Below, one piece after another: positions 23,511 through 37,065 of a DNA stretch of 64,000 nt. This DNA comes from Mobula hypostoma (lineage: Eukaryota), in assembly GCF_963921235.1 (NCBI RefSeq), contig NC_086097.1:127536001-127600000 (forward strand), given 5' to 3'. Position numbers and translations under genes: made by a program. The notes beneath the pieces were generated by a model. The model saw only the letters and a program-made list of their open reading frames with translations. It did no database searches and was not told the DNA's origin. Position 1 is the first letter of the stretch, and the number at the start of each line of letters is the position of its first letter.

Positions 23511-26500
23511 AGAATAAGAAAGGGTAGGATATTTGTCTTTGGTTTTAAGCTCTCTGTCGCTTTCGTAGTCTTATATTTGATCTCAGTTTTGGGAAGTGAG
23601 TATATCAGGCAGCTTGTATCACAACAAATATTCAGCATCAGTGACAAAAGACACATCTGAGTCTCAAGCTCTTAAAAGGGGAAGAAGAAGGGAGATGGGG
23701 GAAGGAATGGAAATATTTTTAAAAATGAAAAACAAGAAGATAAATTGCAGAGAGAAAGCATGAAAGAAGTTATGAAACATTTTTGTCCTTCCTCCTCCAC
23801 ACAGGAGAGGACAACCAGAGCAGTAGAAGGCTGTCCAGCTCCTCAAACATGCCCTAATAATGTTAGGTTATGCTCGATCTCACTTTAGGACTTCACCCCT
23901 TAATTCTTTACTCTTATAAACATACATGGTTCTGAATTTCCCAATAGCTTTCTTTTTGGGAGAACTCCTGACTTCTATCAACCTCTTGTGAAGAACTTGT
24001 TCTTGATGTTGCTTTTGGACTTTAGGTTTAAGGGAGACAGAGGAAATAGTTCCTTTTTGTTCACCATTTCAAATTTAAACACTTCATTTAATGGCTGATG
24101 CTTAGATGGGTTAATGAATGCCGGGGCTCCTCCTGATTCCTGATCTTTCCATATGTGGGAGCCCATTCAGACCTTTAAAACAATTATTATTACCCTGCCC
24201 AACAACTTTGAATCCAAAGATTGTGCTGAGATCTTCATATTTTTAATTGTTTAGTATCAAGTTCTGTAGGAAATTAGTATCTTCAGTTGTGAACTGATTT
24301 TGAAATTGCTCAATTACAACCTAAGAATGGTATGAATATTGTCTTTCTGTTCTGAGACAATTCATATCAAAACAAAATGAACTATGCACACCAAGCTGGT
24401 TCTGTTAAGAGTGAGTATTATACCCTCTAACCTCATTCAGTCCCATAACTGCTTCAGATGAATCAGATTACCCTGACGCAAAATTGTGCAAAACCAAGTT
24501 AACACGAGTTACAAGAAGAAATAAATCATGCAAAAAAAGGGAATAATGAGTGGTGTCATAGACCATTCAAAAATCTGATAGTGGAAGGGGAAGAAGCTGT
24601 TTTGGAATCATTGAGCATTGAGTGCCTACTTCCTTAAAACTCCGGAAATAATGAGATATGGTCAGGATATGTAGAGGAGGCTTGACCCAAAAACAGAGCA
24701 GCAGAAATGATTTAGTGGTGAGTGATAACTTCAATAATAAGCAAAATAACAAGCTACGAGGGGCCACAAAACAACAGGGGACAGATACTTAATGCAACAA
24801 GGAAGCAAGGTAACTGAAGGCTAGGAGAAAATGGTTGGTTAAATGGGTGAACAAGGACTGTGAATGAGAGCTGGGTTTCAATAGGCTGCAGGTGATGAAT
24901 GGGAAACAAGTGGCAGGTGACTCCTGTTAGCTAGGTGAAGACTGGGAAGCGCCTGCCTCTGCAGGCCAGACAAGACTCTCCTTCCTATGGCTGGATCCCG
25001 ATGGCCCAGGATGACCCAGATGGGTCCAGTGGAACACTTCAATGAGCAATGGATCCAAGATGAAACTGGACAGCACTCAAGACCTCTCCTCCATGCCAAA
25101 CCTTCCCAGTTGTCCAGGTACTGCACAGACTGTCAACGACAATGTGAATCCAACAACCAGTGACCCGCGTACATTGGACTACCTTCCACCATCCTTGGTT
25201 CTGGAGGGGCTGATTCAGGTGGTCCATGGACAATGGGTTTAAGGCAGGACACATGGAAGGTAGGTGTGTTCCTGAGAGATGGTGGCAGCTGGAGATGATA
25301 AGTAGCTGGGTTAATGCAATAGGTAAATGTAAGGGACCAGTGAACTGGGGAAAGAGCTTGCAAGACGTGATGCACAGGGGCAGATCTTAGGTGGACTGCC
25401 AGACACAGTCCCCAGGCTGGAATTCTCAGGGTGGCACTGATGGTGGTTAGCCTGGCAGCAGTAGATGCCATTGGCAGCTAGGATGGCCCTCCATGCCCTC
25501 TTCCAAGCATTCTATCAGTGGCAAGCCAGTGCCCTGGTGGATGGGACCTGGACTGTCGGCTCCTTGCAGGGAACAATGGGGTTAGAAGCCATGAAGCACT
25601 TCAAAGGGAGACATGATAGAGGAGATGTGTAGATTGTGGGACAGTCTGGCCCAGAGGAGATACCTCTTCCACATGGAAGGGTTAGAGGTGGCAAAGCATT
25701 GCAGAAACTTCTCTGCTGGCTGATTGCCTCTTTCTGACTAACCATTGGTCTGCAGATGATATCCTGAGGACAAACTCATGGCGGTGCAGAGGAGGAAGCA
25801 GAAGGCTCATCAGAAGCGGGAGATGTATTGTGGGCCCTTGTCTGATGCAATATCCTGAGGGAAACCGTGGAGACGAAATACATGTTAGAGAACCAGGTCT
25901 GCCGTCCAGCAATTGATGGAAGTTTGGGGAGGGCAATGAAGTAGGCCGCCTTGGAGAACCGCTCCACCACTGTCATGATCATCACGGCCCCATTGGAAGG
26001 TGGCAAACCTGTGATAAAATCCATGGCGATGTGGGACAATGGGTGTTGTGGGACAAGCATGGGCTGCAGGAGCCCAGAGGGCCACTGGTTGGAAGAATTG
26101 GACTGAGCATATTGAGGACAGGTAGCAATGAACTGACGTACATCTGAGATCATGATGGGACACCAGAATTGGCATTGCTGAAAATCCAGAGTCCATTGTG
26201 CACCTAGACGCCCGGAGAGGGTTGAGGATTGGACCCACGGGAGTATCTCAGAAGGCACTGCCACTGACAGGTACATGTGATTGTCAGGTGTGTTAAACAG
26301 AGCAGGCTTGTGCTGTAGGGCCTGACAGATCTAGTTCTCCAGGTCCCTGATGATTGGGGAAGAGGATCAGCGGGGATGGAATGATGGGCTGAAGGTCGAA
26401 CTCCACTTCAGCTGTGTTGAACTGCTATGACAGAGCATCCACCTTAGTGCTCTCAGAGCCAGTTCGGTAGGAAAGGGTGGAACTGAATTGCTCATGGGTT

Positions 26501-26534
26501 GAGTTGGTGGGTCTGTTTATTTGTTTGTTTATTT

Positions 26535-27030
26535 ATTAAATTACAGCATAGAATAGGCCTTTCTGGTCCTTTGAGCTGAGCCACCCAGCAACCGTCAATT
26601 TAAACCTGACCCAATCACGGGACAATCTATAATGACCAAATAACCCACCAAACAGTACAGCATGGGAGGTCATTCCTGCCTGTTGCTATCGAACTTGCAG
26701 CTCCTCCCGTGGAGGGTCAGACACCCTGAGCCAATAGACTGGTCCTGGACTTATTTTCCATCTGGCATAGTTTGCATTTTGTTGTTTGATCGTTTGTGGT
26801 TTTTGTATTTCGATATTAATGCTCTATTCTTGGTTGGTGCGGCTGTAATGAAACCCAGTTTCCCTCGGGATCAATAAAGTATATCTATCTATCTATCTAT
26901 CTTTGGACTGTGGGAGGAAGTCAGAGCACCCACATGGTCACAGGGAGAATGTACACAGACAGCAGCGGGAAATGAACTCGGGTCGCTGGTACTGCAAAGC
27001 GTTGTGCTAACCACTCTGCTGCCATGCCAC
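26535..27030 (-). mobile_element. V-SINE nested in Gypsy, split by a Rex1 tail
   Basis: tRNA-like head at about 27030 (ggtggcatggcagcagagtggttagcac on -); V-like motif; CR1-like tail. Confidence 0.7.
26662..26902 (+). mobile_element. Rex1/Babar 3' end nested in V-SINE
   Basis: tttccctcgggatcAATAAAgta(TATC)n tail. Confidence 0.7.
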
Positions 27031-28304
27031 CTGTTGTATGGATATGAGCTTCTGGTGGTCAGAGCAGATCAGGAGGCGATCGATATTTCCCATCAGCCAT
27101 TGTCTCCATTTCTCCACGGCCCAGTTGATGGCGAGTAGCTCCCTGCCTCCTACTCCATAATGGCTCTCTGTAGAGTTGAACTTGTGCTGGTCGAAGGCAC
27201 AAGGGTGTGTCTTCCTGTCTGGTCCTTGCTGGGAGAGGATAACTGCGGCTCCTACGTCAGATGGATCCACCTCTACCATGAAATGTCTGGAGGGATTTGG
27301 ACGATGGAGAATTGGAGCAGTGGTGAAGTATTTCTTGAGCTCCTCAGAAACATAGTAAAAGGCAGCAGAACATGCTATCCATTAGATAGGTGATTTGATG
27401 GGGGAGGTGAGAGGAGCTGCGATCTGGCTGTAGTCTGTGATGAAATGCAGCCGAAGCTGGAGAAGCTCATGAAGCAGTGTAGCTCTTTGAGTGAGCGCAG
27501 TCAGTGCCATTCAGTGATTGGACTCACTTTTTCTGGGTCCATGGTCTTGTGGTGAAAGGACGTCATCAAAGAAGGGAGTAACTGGGCCTGGAACTCATTC
27601 TCCAGATTGCACTACAGCTGGTTTTGGAGGACGCGCTGAAGGACTGAACGGGCGTGTCACACGTGATCTTGGGGGCCCAGATCAGCGCTTGCCCAGTCAA
27701 GAGAGGGATATTGAAGGTAATCTTGGCTCGGTTAATAACATACAGAGATGACTGGAACTCAAAGTGTAAGACGCACTGGAACAGGAAGTTGCGACATCAG
27801 GATGGAAATTCGTTGAGATGTTCTTGCACCAGAGTCCAGAGCTCAAAGGGCGGAGGGGGTTGCTGTATTGAAAAAGACAGTGGCGAGCAGGTGGTTAATG
27901 GTTTCCTGTTGCTTCTGGATCATGTGCTCATGTCGACAGATAACTCACTTTAGGTGAGCAAACTTTGCTGGGTCAATCGTGGGTTCACCTATCCTATCAG
28001 GAAATACAGAAGAGATTTGACCCAACAGCAGAGCAGCAGAGAAGATTTAGCAGCGATTAATAACTTTAATATTAAACTGCAATATATTAAGCCATGAGGG
28101 GCCACAGAACAAGAGAGAACAGATAAAGGCAACAACATTACTGATGGCTAGGAGCTGCTGATTGGTCTGATGGGTGAACAACAACTGTAGATGAGAGCTG
28201 GGTTTAAATAGGTCGCAGGTGATGAGTTGGAAATGAGTGGCAGGTGACTCCTGTTCACTGGGTGGAGACTGGGAGGTGTCTGACTGTGCAGGACTGACAG
28301 ATAT

Positions 28305-28516
28305 AAGGAGTCTTTAATCACTATGCACTACAATGAACTTTGTTTTGCTTTGTTCTGGTTATGTTCTTTACTGTACAACTTTGTATAATTTATATTTTTC
28401 TTGTGAATGTTGTGCCTCCGATGCCAAGTGCCTGTGATACTGCTGGAAGTTATTTTATTCATCACATCTGTGCATACGTGTATTTGTAAATACACCATAA
28501 ACTTGACTTTGACTTA
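28305..28516 (+). mobile_element. Rex1-type 3'UTR
   Basis: Ends ataaacttgactttgactt. Confidence 0.5.
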
Positions 28517-30079
28517 ATCTCTGGATTTCTCCCAGTGGCATGTGCTAGCCGGGGCAGGAATAGAACAATAGTACAGGTGAATAAATGGCTGAGGATGTGG
28601 TGCAGGGGGTAGGGTTTCAGGTTCTTGGTTAATTGGGATCTCTTCTGGGGAAGGTATGACCTGTACAAAAAGGACTGGTTACACCAGAACCTGAGAGTGA
28701 ACAAAATCCTTGTGGCAGGTTTGGTAGATCTGTTGGGAAGAGTTTAAACTAACCTTGCAGGGGGATGGGAACCAGAGGATGGGACAGTTGGTACACAAGT
28801 TGATGAAGTCTGTAGTGAGAATGGATAAGCAGATGACTGGGAAAAATTACAGTCAGTGGGATGAGTTGAAGTGTAATGTGGGGGCAAAATTGGAAAGGGT
28901 GATGAATACAGGACTGAAGGCTTTTGAATGCACGTAATATACGGAATAAGTAAATGATCATGTTGTGCAGGTATGACAGTGTATTGTATTTAATATTTCA
29001 GTAACATTTGTGTAATCTTGTAAATATATTGTTTAATTAAGCATTTTTTCCTATATATAATTCAATACCGTTATCTGTAAAAATACATAAATTGCATACT
29101 GTACCTCATGACATTACCATGTGATATGTAGGTGCCTTGCTTAAAGTAAGCACGAGGTTAGATTCACAACTTGGACTCCCGTGTCTTCCTTTGAATTAAT
29201 TTAAAGTTTTGAAGTTACAAAATGTAACAGTGGTAGTGAGGTATTTTAAAAATTAACCTGATACAAATACCAAACTGTTAAAACACAGCAAGGAATGGTG
29301 AGAACAAACAATGCAGCACGTGCAGACGATCGCATTTTGAAAAAAGCAATACAGCACATTTCTTCAGAAAGGAAAATATGATCGAGTTTAAAAAATGGCA
29401 GAAAATGGATCAGAAAATGGGTTCATAATCAGAGAATACCACATGATAATAATCATTAAAAAGGCCAGAAATGACCAGCTACATTAGAAAGACTGATACA
29501 TTCAATTGCTCAATGGGTAACCGTCTCATGAACTAATTGAACAGCATTTTAAAGCAACTGAAATAGCCAATGAGAAATGAGTACCAATTTTACCGAGTGC
29601 ATTAAGCTTAAAGGCATATAGCTTTGAGGTTTAATGCTCCAACCAAACCCACAAAAACGATCTTTGCAGATATTGTGAAAGCAATGCCGGATCATTTAGA
29701 ACCAAAAACATTGTTGATTGCAGAATGATTTAGGTTTCATTAGCGAATTCAAAGCGAAGGGGATCCCATTTCAGCAGACGTGGGTGAATTGAAGAAGTTG
29801 TCTGATCATTGTCAGTTTGGTAATAGGTTTAGTGATGCACTGTGAGATTGTTTAGTTTGTGGAACCCTACAAGAATGCAATAAAAATGGCTCCTAATTGA
29901 TGCACAACTTACATTTAAAAGGGCATTTGAAATCTTTGTGTCAATGGAAACAGCAGACAGAAACGCACTTGAGTTACAGTCAGGAATGAAAGTGAATGTG
30001 AACAAAATTGCAATGTCCAAATGGAAACCAGCCTGTCTGAACAAACTGTTACCATTGCGGCAAGGGCTCACTCATGCAA

Positions 30080-30801
30080 GATTCTTCTTCTGTTTTTATG
30101 TCTTTCTTTTCTTTTTGAGGTGGCTGGGATCTTGTCGGAGTTCATGATCTATAGCTGCAGCTCAAAATATGGTCCTCTATGGGTGGTGGGTTCTTGCTCT
30201 CAGACTCGCCGTGTGGTCCAGGTTTTGAAATCTCCAGATGCAGTCCGGAAGACATATGGGCGGAGTGCGCTGCTTTGGAAGGTCCCTGCACTCTCTCTCC
30301 CTTGACGGTGAGTGAAAGTCTGTCAGTCCTCGAGTCGGGGGGATGGGGGGGGGGTGTTCTCGGAGAAGTGACACCAAGGATTGTAAGGATAAAACAGTGA
30401 GCTGTTGGTTTCCCCTCTCATTGCAAGAGTGATACCTCTCTCTCCCTCGTTAATGAGAGAGACCCTGTCTGAGATGTCGACGTTTTGGGATGGACAGTAG
30501 ATTTTGATGGACTCTAGATCATGGTCTCTTTGGGGGCTTTGCTATTGCTTGCCTCGGGGGTGGTGAGGGGGGGAGGGCTGATCCAGTGCTTGAGCAAGTG
30601 TGGGGAAGGGACTGGTGGAGGGCTGATGCTTTCTCTGCTGCTTGTGCGTGGGAGGGGGAATTTGGGATTCTAATGTTTTTCTGTCATTCGTTCTTTGTTT
30701 TTTTCCCTCTCTGTTTCATGGACGTCTGCGAAGAGAAAAAATTTCAGGTTGTATACTGTATTCATTCTCTGATGTTAAATTGAAGCATTTGAACCATTTG
30801 A
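30080..30801 (+). mobile_element. Non-autonomous element with Rex1-type tail inserted in gag
   Basis: Interrupts gag just before the zinc knuckle; tail tttcaggttgtatactgta..ttgaaccatttga resembles 60010-60090. Confidence 0.55.
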
Positions 30802-31903
30802 TCTATGCAGATTTAAAGGTGACACTTGCAGAAAATGCAACAAAGTAAGACACATACAAAGAGCATGTTGGGCAGACAAAAAATGGATGGACTGCACAGA
30901 GAAGAGCAAAAGATTTAAAGTCAAGTTGCAGTTTCAAAAAGAGCACTAACCTGTGTGCTGTTGATGAAAAATCTGATGAGAGTAACACAAGACTGTGTAG
31001 CCTTAAGATTTACAATGTGAAAACTAGCAATAGATAGGCAATATGGTTTATTCCAGTGATAAACAACAATTTAATTAAACTATAATTGGACACTGGTTTG
31101 GCTGTTGTACCACAAAATGAGTTTAAACAGCACTTCAAAAATACTAAACTGAAGCCTGCAGATATCCAACTAAGAACTTATACTGAGAAAAGGAAACGCC
31201 TATGGGAATGACATTCATAGAGAAATACAACAACCAACAAGCCAAATTGAGCGTATATGAGGTAGAAACAAAAGGGCCACCATTCTGGGGCTGTGGTTAT
31301 CTGAGACAACTGCAACTTGATTGGAGATCTATCCACTATTTGCATGCCTCATCCCTTGCAATAGAGACAACTGAAAGTGAATTAAGAAAGGTTCTGGATG
31401 ATGCCACAACTGTCTCCATGACAAACACCATAAACCATTGCCCAACAGCATTCAAACAGGTATTGGTGCCACCCTCTGTACCTCTGGTTGGAAAGCATAT
31501 TGGATCAAGAAAGACCATATTGCTCAGAGGAACCATGAAAGTGACAGAAACAGTAGTCTGACTACAACAGTTTTTGTAGGTAACGTTTACAGTATGAGAA
31601 GGCCACTAATGTGTTAATCAGGTAAAAGCGACTTGATTTTAAGCTGCAAGAGATTTCAAGGAGTTTCAGGAAAGTTGCAAGCATTTGGTTTCTGTGAGTA
31701 TAAAGAGCCAGAATCTACTCTGTGTGCATTAAGGTTACTGTATAAACTTCAAGTATTAGACAAAAAGCTACTTGAAAAGTAGATGCAAAGACCAAAGCCC
31801 AGGTGGATGAATGGAGTTAATGGAGATACAGAAGCGGAGGATTCATCGGATGATGTTGTGGATGTGGAAACCAAGAGAAGAAATCAGATTGTAAAGGGAG
31901 TAA

Positions 31904-32636
31904 TTGAATTGAATTGAATTGACTTTATTACTTCCATATACATGAGGAGTAAAAATCTTTACCTGTCTAAATGTGTAATGTGAAATTTATAGTAGTTTAT
32001 AATAAATGGCATGTACAACAGGACAGTCAATATAACATAGAAATACAATTGTATTGGCATGAATTAATCAGTCTGACGGCCTGGTGGAAGAAGCTGTTCC
32101 AGAGCCTGTTGGTCCTGGCTTTTATGCTGTGGTACTGTTTCCTGCATGGTAGCAGCTGGAACAGTTTGTGATTGGGGTGACTTGGGTCACCAATGATCCT
32201 TTGGACCAATTTTACACATCTGTTCTTGTAAATGTCCTGAAAGGTGGGAAGTTCACATCTACAGATGCGCTGGGCTGACTGCACCACTCTCTGCAGAGTC
32301 CTGTGATTGAGGGAAGTACAGTTCCCATACCAGGCAGTGATGCAGCCAGTCAAGATGCTCTCAATTGTGCCCCTATAGAGAATTCTTAGAATCTGGGGGT
32401 CCATACCAAACTTTGTCAACCGTCTGAGGTGAAAGAGGCGCTGTTGTGCCTTTATCACCACACAGCCGGTATGTACAGATTACGTGAGATCCTCAGTGAT
32501 ATTTATGCCAAGGAACTTAAAGCTGTTCACCCTCTCAACCTCAGATCCATGGATGTCAATAGGGGTTAGCCTCTCTCTATTCCTCCTGTAGTCTATGACC
32601 AGCTCCTTTGTTTTTGCGACATTGAGGGAGAGTTTG
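31904..32636 (-). mobile_element. Rex1/Babar 3' fragment nested in Gypsy
   Basis: ORF 32027-32461 (KAQQRLFHLRRL..YRGTIESILTGCITAWYGNC); (AATTC)n tail. Confidence 0.88.
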
Positions 32637-34239
32637 TTTATAATAGAAAGGTTAGTAAGAGAATACTCTAGTGAACTAAATGCATCTTCCCAAGACCAAA
32701 TTACACAAGCTTGAAGAAGAAAAAAGAAGGAGGAGAAAGGTGTCCAGAGCTGTCAGAACCACTTCTTGCAGTCTCAGAATCGATTCCTACAACCACCATG
32801 GAGGAGGTCCCGGAACCTGAGATTGCTTTCATAGTCACAAATCTCACCTACCAAGCAGAATGATCCCCCTTGTCAGGAGAGACATTATCCCATAAGAGTA
32901 AGAAGGCCTCCACAGTGATTAAATCTTTGTACCTGAATGGGACAATTTAAAATTGACAATGCTGTGGATGTCTGTATAGTGTTGCATTGTGTAGTATGCT
33001 GTGTAGATACAGTAGCTGAGAGGCAGTTTCTATTGAGTTGGAGTCTAGAGCTATGTAGGGAGTGGTATTGTGTATGTAATATTTCAGAAATTTTTGAGTA
33101 ATCCTGTAAATATGTTGTTTGATTAAGCATTCCTTGTTGTTTATATAATTCACTATGGATCCATGTAAAAAATACATGAATTGAATACATCATGACACTA
33201 CCACATGATAAGGGCATTTCTCACTTAAAGTAAACACAAAGTTAGACTCACCTTTCGGATTCCTGTGTCTTCCTTTGAATTAGTTTAATGTTTTGAAGAT
33301 ACGAAACATAACAGAAGTTGGAGGCATCACTGAGCTGTAGCTGGAAGATCATAGTTTGGAGCTTAATATCCAAGGATGGACATTGTATTGAAAGGACAGG
33401 TAGGTAGGCAAAGACAGTCACTGGCTTTGTTGGTTAAAAACAGTATCAAATCCTTAGAAAGAGGTGATGTGGGATCGGAAGATTTAGATCCTTTTGGGTA
33501 GAGTTAAGAAGCTGTAAGGGTTAAAAATACTGATGGGTGTTATATACAGGAATTATATTACAACAGGAGATAGGAAAAGTGTATTTTAAGGGCAATGTTA
33601 TGATAGTTATGGGATATTTCAATATGCAGGTAGATTGGGGAAAATCAGGTTTGTACTGGATCCTAAGAGAGAGAATTTGTAGAATGTCTATGAGATAGAT
33701 TTTTAGAACAGCATGTGGTTGAGCCCACTATGGGATAGGCAATTCTGGATTGGGTTGTGTAATAAATCAGATTTGATTAGGGAGCTTAAGGTAAAGGAGA
33801 CCTTAGGAGATAGTGTTCATTGTATGATAGAATTCACCCCGTAGTTTAAGAAGGAGAAGCTAAAGTCAGATGTATCAGTATTATAGTGGAGTAAAAGGAA
33901 TTACAGAGGCATGAGAGAGGAGTTGGCCAAAATTGATTGAAAGGGGACTCGAGCAGGGTTGATAGCAGAACAGCAATGGCTGGATTTCTGAGGTCATTTG
34001 GAAGACGTAGGAAAGGTGCAGCCCAAACATGAAGAAGTATTCTAAAGGGAGGATGAGGGAGTTGTGGATGACAAGGGAAGTCAAAGACAGCATAAAAGCA
34101 AAAGAGAGGCCATATCACATAGCAAAAATTAGTGGGATTGGGAAGCTTTTAAAAATCAACAGAAGGCAAATAAAAAGCCACAAGGACAGAAAAGATGAAA
34201 TATGAATGTAAACTAGCCAACAATATCAAAGAGGATACT

Positions 34240-35085
34240 GACTTCAGCAACACTAAAACACATTCTGGTGGGCTGCAAGACCAGCCTTACTCAAGGCCGA
34301 TACATCTGGCAGCACAACCAGGTGCTACGGTGTCTTGCAGCAGTGCTGGAAAGTTGGCAGATGAGTGTCAATGTTCTCCCTTCCCCTTCATCCGGCTGGC
34401 CATTAACAGCATTTGTCTGGGAAGGTGAGGGTCAAGCCAGACTCGATGCATCGAGACCAGACACCGGGCGGCTAGGCGGGGCATGTGATTAGAAGATGGT
34501 GGCAGACTTAGGCCAGAGGCTCTGCTTCCCAGCTGAAATTGCAGAAACCAACCTCAGACCAGACCTTGTGCTAAGGTCGGCCTCACTGCATCTCGTTTAC
34601 ATCATTGAGCTGACAGTGCCCTGGGAGGATGCAGTGGAGGAGGCCGACGAGCGCAAGAAGCTGAGGTATGCTGAGCTTTCAGCCGAAATGCAACAACGTG
34701 GCTGGAAAGCAAGGGTCCGACCGGTCGAAGTAGGCTGCAGAGGATTTGTAGCCACATCAACATCAAGGTTACTCCGGGAGTTGGGAGTGCGAGGGAAGAC
34801 ACAATGACAAAGCAGTCAAAGACCTCTCCAGAGCTGCTGAAAAGGATAGTCAGTGGCTCTGGTTGAAGAGAAAGGATTCCATCTGGGCCCCCAGGTGAGA
34901 GCCCGGGATGCCGGGATTCACTGCTGAACCCTCCGGAGGTGTCGTGGGCCTATCAGCGAAACACTGAGGAAAAAGGGCGCCCACTTGATAACCCAGAAGA
35001 TGCCACCACTCACTCGGCCACCCCACAGAGTCTAGGGAGCACGTCTCAGGAGTGCAAATAAGGGTTATTAACATCTAGTCCTACA
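34240..35085 (+). mobile_element. Hero-type (R2/NeSL group) non-LTR 3' fragment with restriction-like endonuclease
   Basis: GCKTSLTQGRYIWQHNQVL and LRPDLVL..IIELTVPWE..ERKKLRYAEL..PVEVGCRGF are RLE PD-(D/E)xK motifs. Confidence 0.88.
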
Positions 35086-36429
35086 TGACATACCTTACTT
35101 CGATTTTTCAGAAGGCCTTTGACAAGGTGCCACAGTGATGCTGCTTAACAAGTTAAAAGCCCATGGTATTATAAGAAAGATGCTTTCATGGATGGATGAT
35201 TGGCTGACTGGCAGACAGGAGGCAAAGAATGGGAATAAAGGGGCCTTTTCTGGTTGGCTTCTGGTGACTAATGGTGTTCCCCAGGGTTCGTCATTGGGAC
35301 CACTTCTTTTCACATTATATGACAGAATTTGTAGTTTCGAGGTCAAATTTGCAAAAATAGGTGGAGGGGCAGGTAGTATTGAGGAAGCAGAGAATCTGCA
35401 GAAGGACGTAGACAGATTGAGAGACTGGTAAAAAAACTGGCAACGGGAATATAGTGTAGGGAAGTGTATGGTCATGTACTTTGGTAGAAGGAATAAAGGT
35501 GTAGATTATTTTCTAAATGGGGAGAAAATTCAAAAAATCAGGAGTGCAAGGGGACTTGAGAGTTCTTGTGGATTCCCTTAAGGTTAACTTGTAGGTTGAG
35601 TCGGTGGTAAGGAAGGCAAATACAATGTTAGCATTCATTTCGAGAGGAATAGAATATAAGAGCAAAGGTATAATGCTGAGTCTTTTAAGGCATTGGTCAG
35701 ACCACACTTCGATTATTGTGAAAAGTTTTGGGCCCCTTATCTAAGAAGGGATGTGCTGCATTGGAGAGGGTTCAGAGGAGGTTAATGAGAATGACTCGAG
35801 GAATGAAAGGGTTAACATGTGAGGAATGTCTGGACCTGTACTTGGCGGAGTTTAGAAGTATGAGGGGCGATGTCATTGAAACCGATTGCATATTGAAAGG
35901 TCTAGATAGAGTGGATGTGGAGAGGATGTTTCCTATAGTGGGTGGGACTAAGACTGGGGATAAAGCCTCAGAATAGTAGGACGTCCCATTAGAACAGAGA
36001 AGAGGAGGAATTTCTTTAGCCAGAGGGTGATGAATTTGTGAAATTCATTGTCACAAGCATCTGTGGAGGCCAAGTCATTGCGTATCGTTGATAGGTTCTT
36101 GATTATTCAGGGTGTCAAAGGTTATGGGGAGAAGGTAGGAGAATGGAGTTGAGAGGGATAATAAATCAACCATGATGGAATAGTGGAGCAGACTCGATGG
36201 GCTGAATGGTCTACTTCTCCTCCTTTGTCTTCTGGTCTTTGATTTTGAATCATACTGACAGGAATACACTGAGAGGATATTTGTAAGTATATTAGCATAG
36301 ACCTCAAAAAATGACCAAACTAAGGGACTTTTTGGTAATGGTCCCAAGCTGCTGTATCCATTCATTTGACGAATGTGTATTTCATTTAATTTTCATTTTC
36401 TGGAAGGTCTACAACAGAGGTGGTAACTG

Positions 36430-36860
36430 GTAATTGGTTTATTACTGTCACATGTGCTGAGATACAGTGAAAAGCTTTGTTTTGTGTGTTATCCGTTCAA
36501 GTTATTGCAAATTCCGGAACATTGAGGTAGTACAAAAGAGAAAATAATAACAGATTACAGAATATCATGTTATAGTTACAGAGAAAGTACAGTGCAGGGA
36601 GACAAATAAGATGCAAAGGGGCGATGAGGTAGATTGAGAGACCAAGAGGTTATCTTTATCGTACATGAGATCTGTTCAATAATGGAATAGAAGCTGTCCT
36701 CGACCCAGATGGAACCTGAATTCAAGCTTTTGTACCTTCTGCCCAGTTGAAGTGGGGAGAGAGAATGACTGCATCGGGAGAGGTCTTTGATTACGTCCGT
36801 GGTTCTCCTGAGGCAGTGGGAAGTGTAAACAGAGTCAACATAGCGGAGGCTAGGTTTTGG
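36430..36860 (-). mobile_element. Rex1/Babar 3' fragment
   Basis: ORF 36576-36881 (LSPLQLGRRYKSL); 3'UTR like 12700-13200. Confidence 0.7.
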
Positions 36861-36974
36861 AAGATACACAAATCCCATCAATTTGAGATCAACTGGAAGT
36901 ACTTAAAAGTAAAGGAGGTATCCCCAGTACTTTGCCTCCAAACAATGTCATCATTATTGCTGTACAGATGAGGT

Positions 36975-37065
36975 TAGTGTGCTGTGGAAGAGCAGGCTGC
37001 TGGTTTTCCTACAATCACAATAACTACACTTCAATAGTTCTTCATTAACTGTAAAGCTCTGAAGA
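36975..37065 (+). mobile_element. DeuSINE 3' remnant
   Basis: ggctgctggttttcctacaatcacaataactacacttcaa..cttcattaactgtaaagc. Confidence 0.5.

Larger units (their letters stand above)
24660..28299 (-). mobile_element. Deleted Gypsy chromovirus (Sushi/Tf2-like) LTR retrotransposon
   Basis: Paired LTRs 24660-24972 and 27995-28299; TSD GATAT (24655-59 / 28300-04); PPT-like tract next to 24972; RNase H (VEVDPSDVG..RELLAI), integrase (HIAMDFITGLP..VERFSK) and chromodomain-like remnants; RT core not seen. Confidence 0.9.
28980..33313 (+). mobile_element. Internally deleted Gypsy LTR retrotransposon
   Basis: LTRs 28980-29229 and 33066-33313; PBS-like tggtagtgagg; PPT agggagtgg; gag remnants (HLEPKTLLIAE, SMETADRNA), CCHC knuckle CRKCNKVRHIQRAC near 30825, protease LDTG near 31090; RT/RNase H not seen. 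Confidence 0.88.
28518..36240 (+). mobile_element. Decayed CR1 LINE (end of ORF1 to 3' tail) hosting Gypsy and Hero-type insertions
   Basis: ORF1 end 28518-28750 homologous to 4850-5085; ORF2 breaks at 28979 and resumes at 33314; RT pieces 35095-36240. Confidence 0.85.

Noticed and set aside
23806..23870. Polypyrimidine/CAG acceptor suggesting an exon
   Set aside because: Weak donor and no recognisable product; same for the acceptor near 62153
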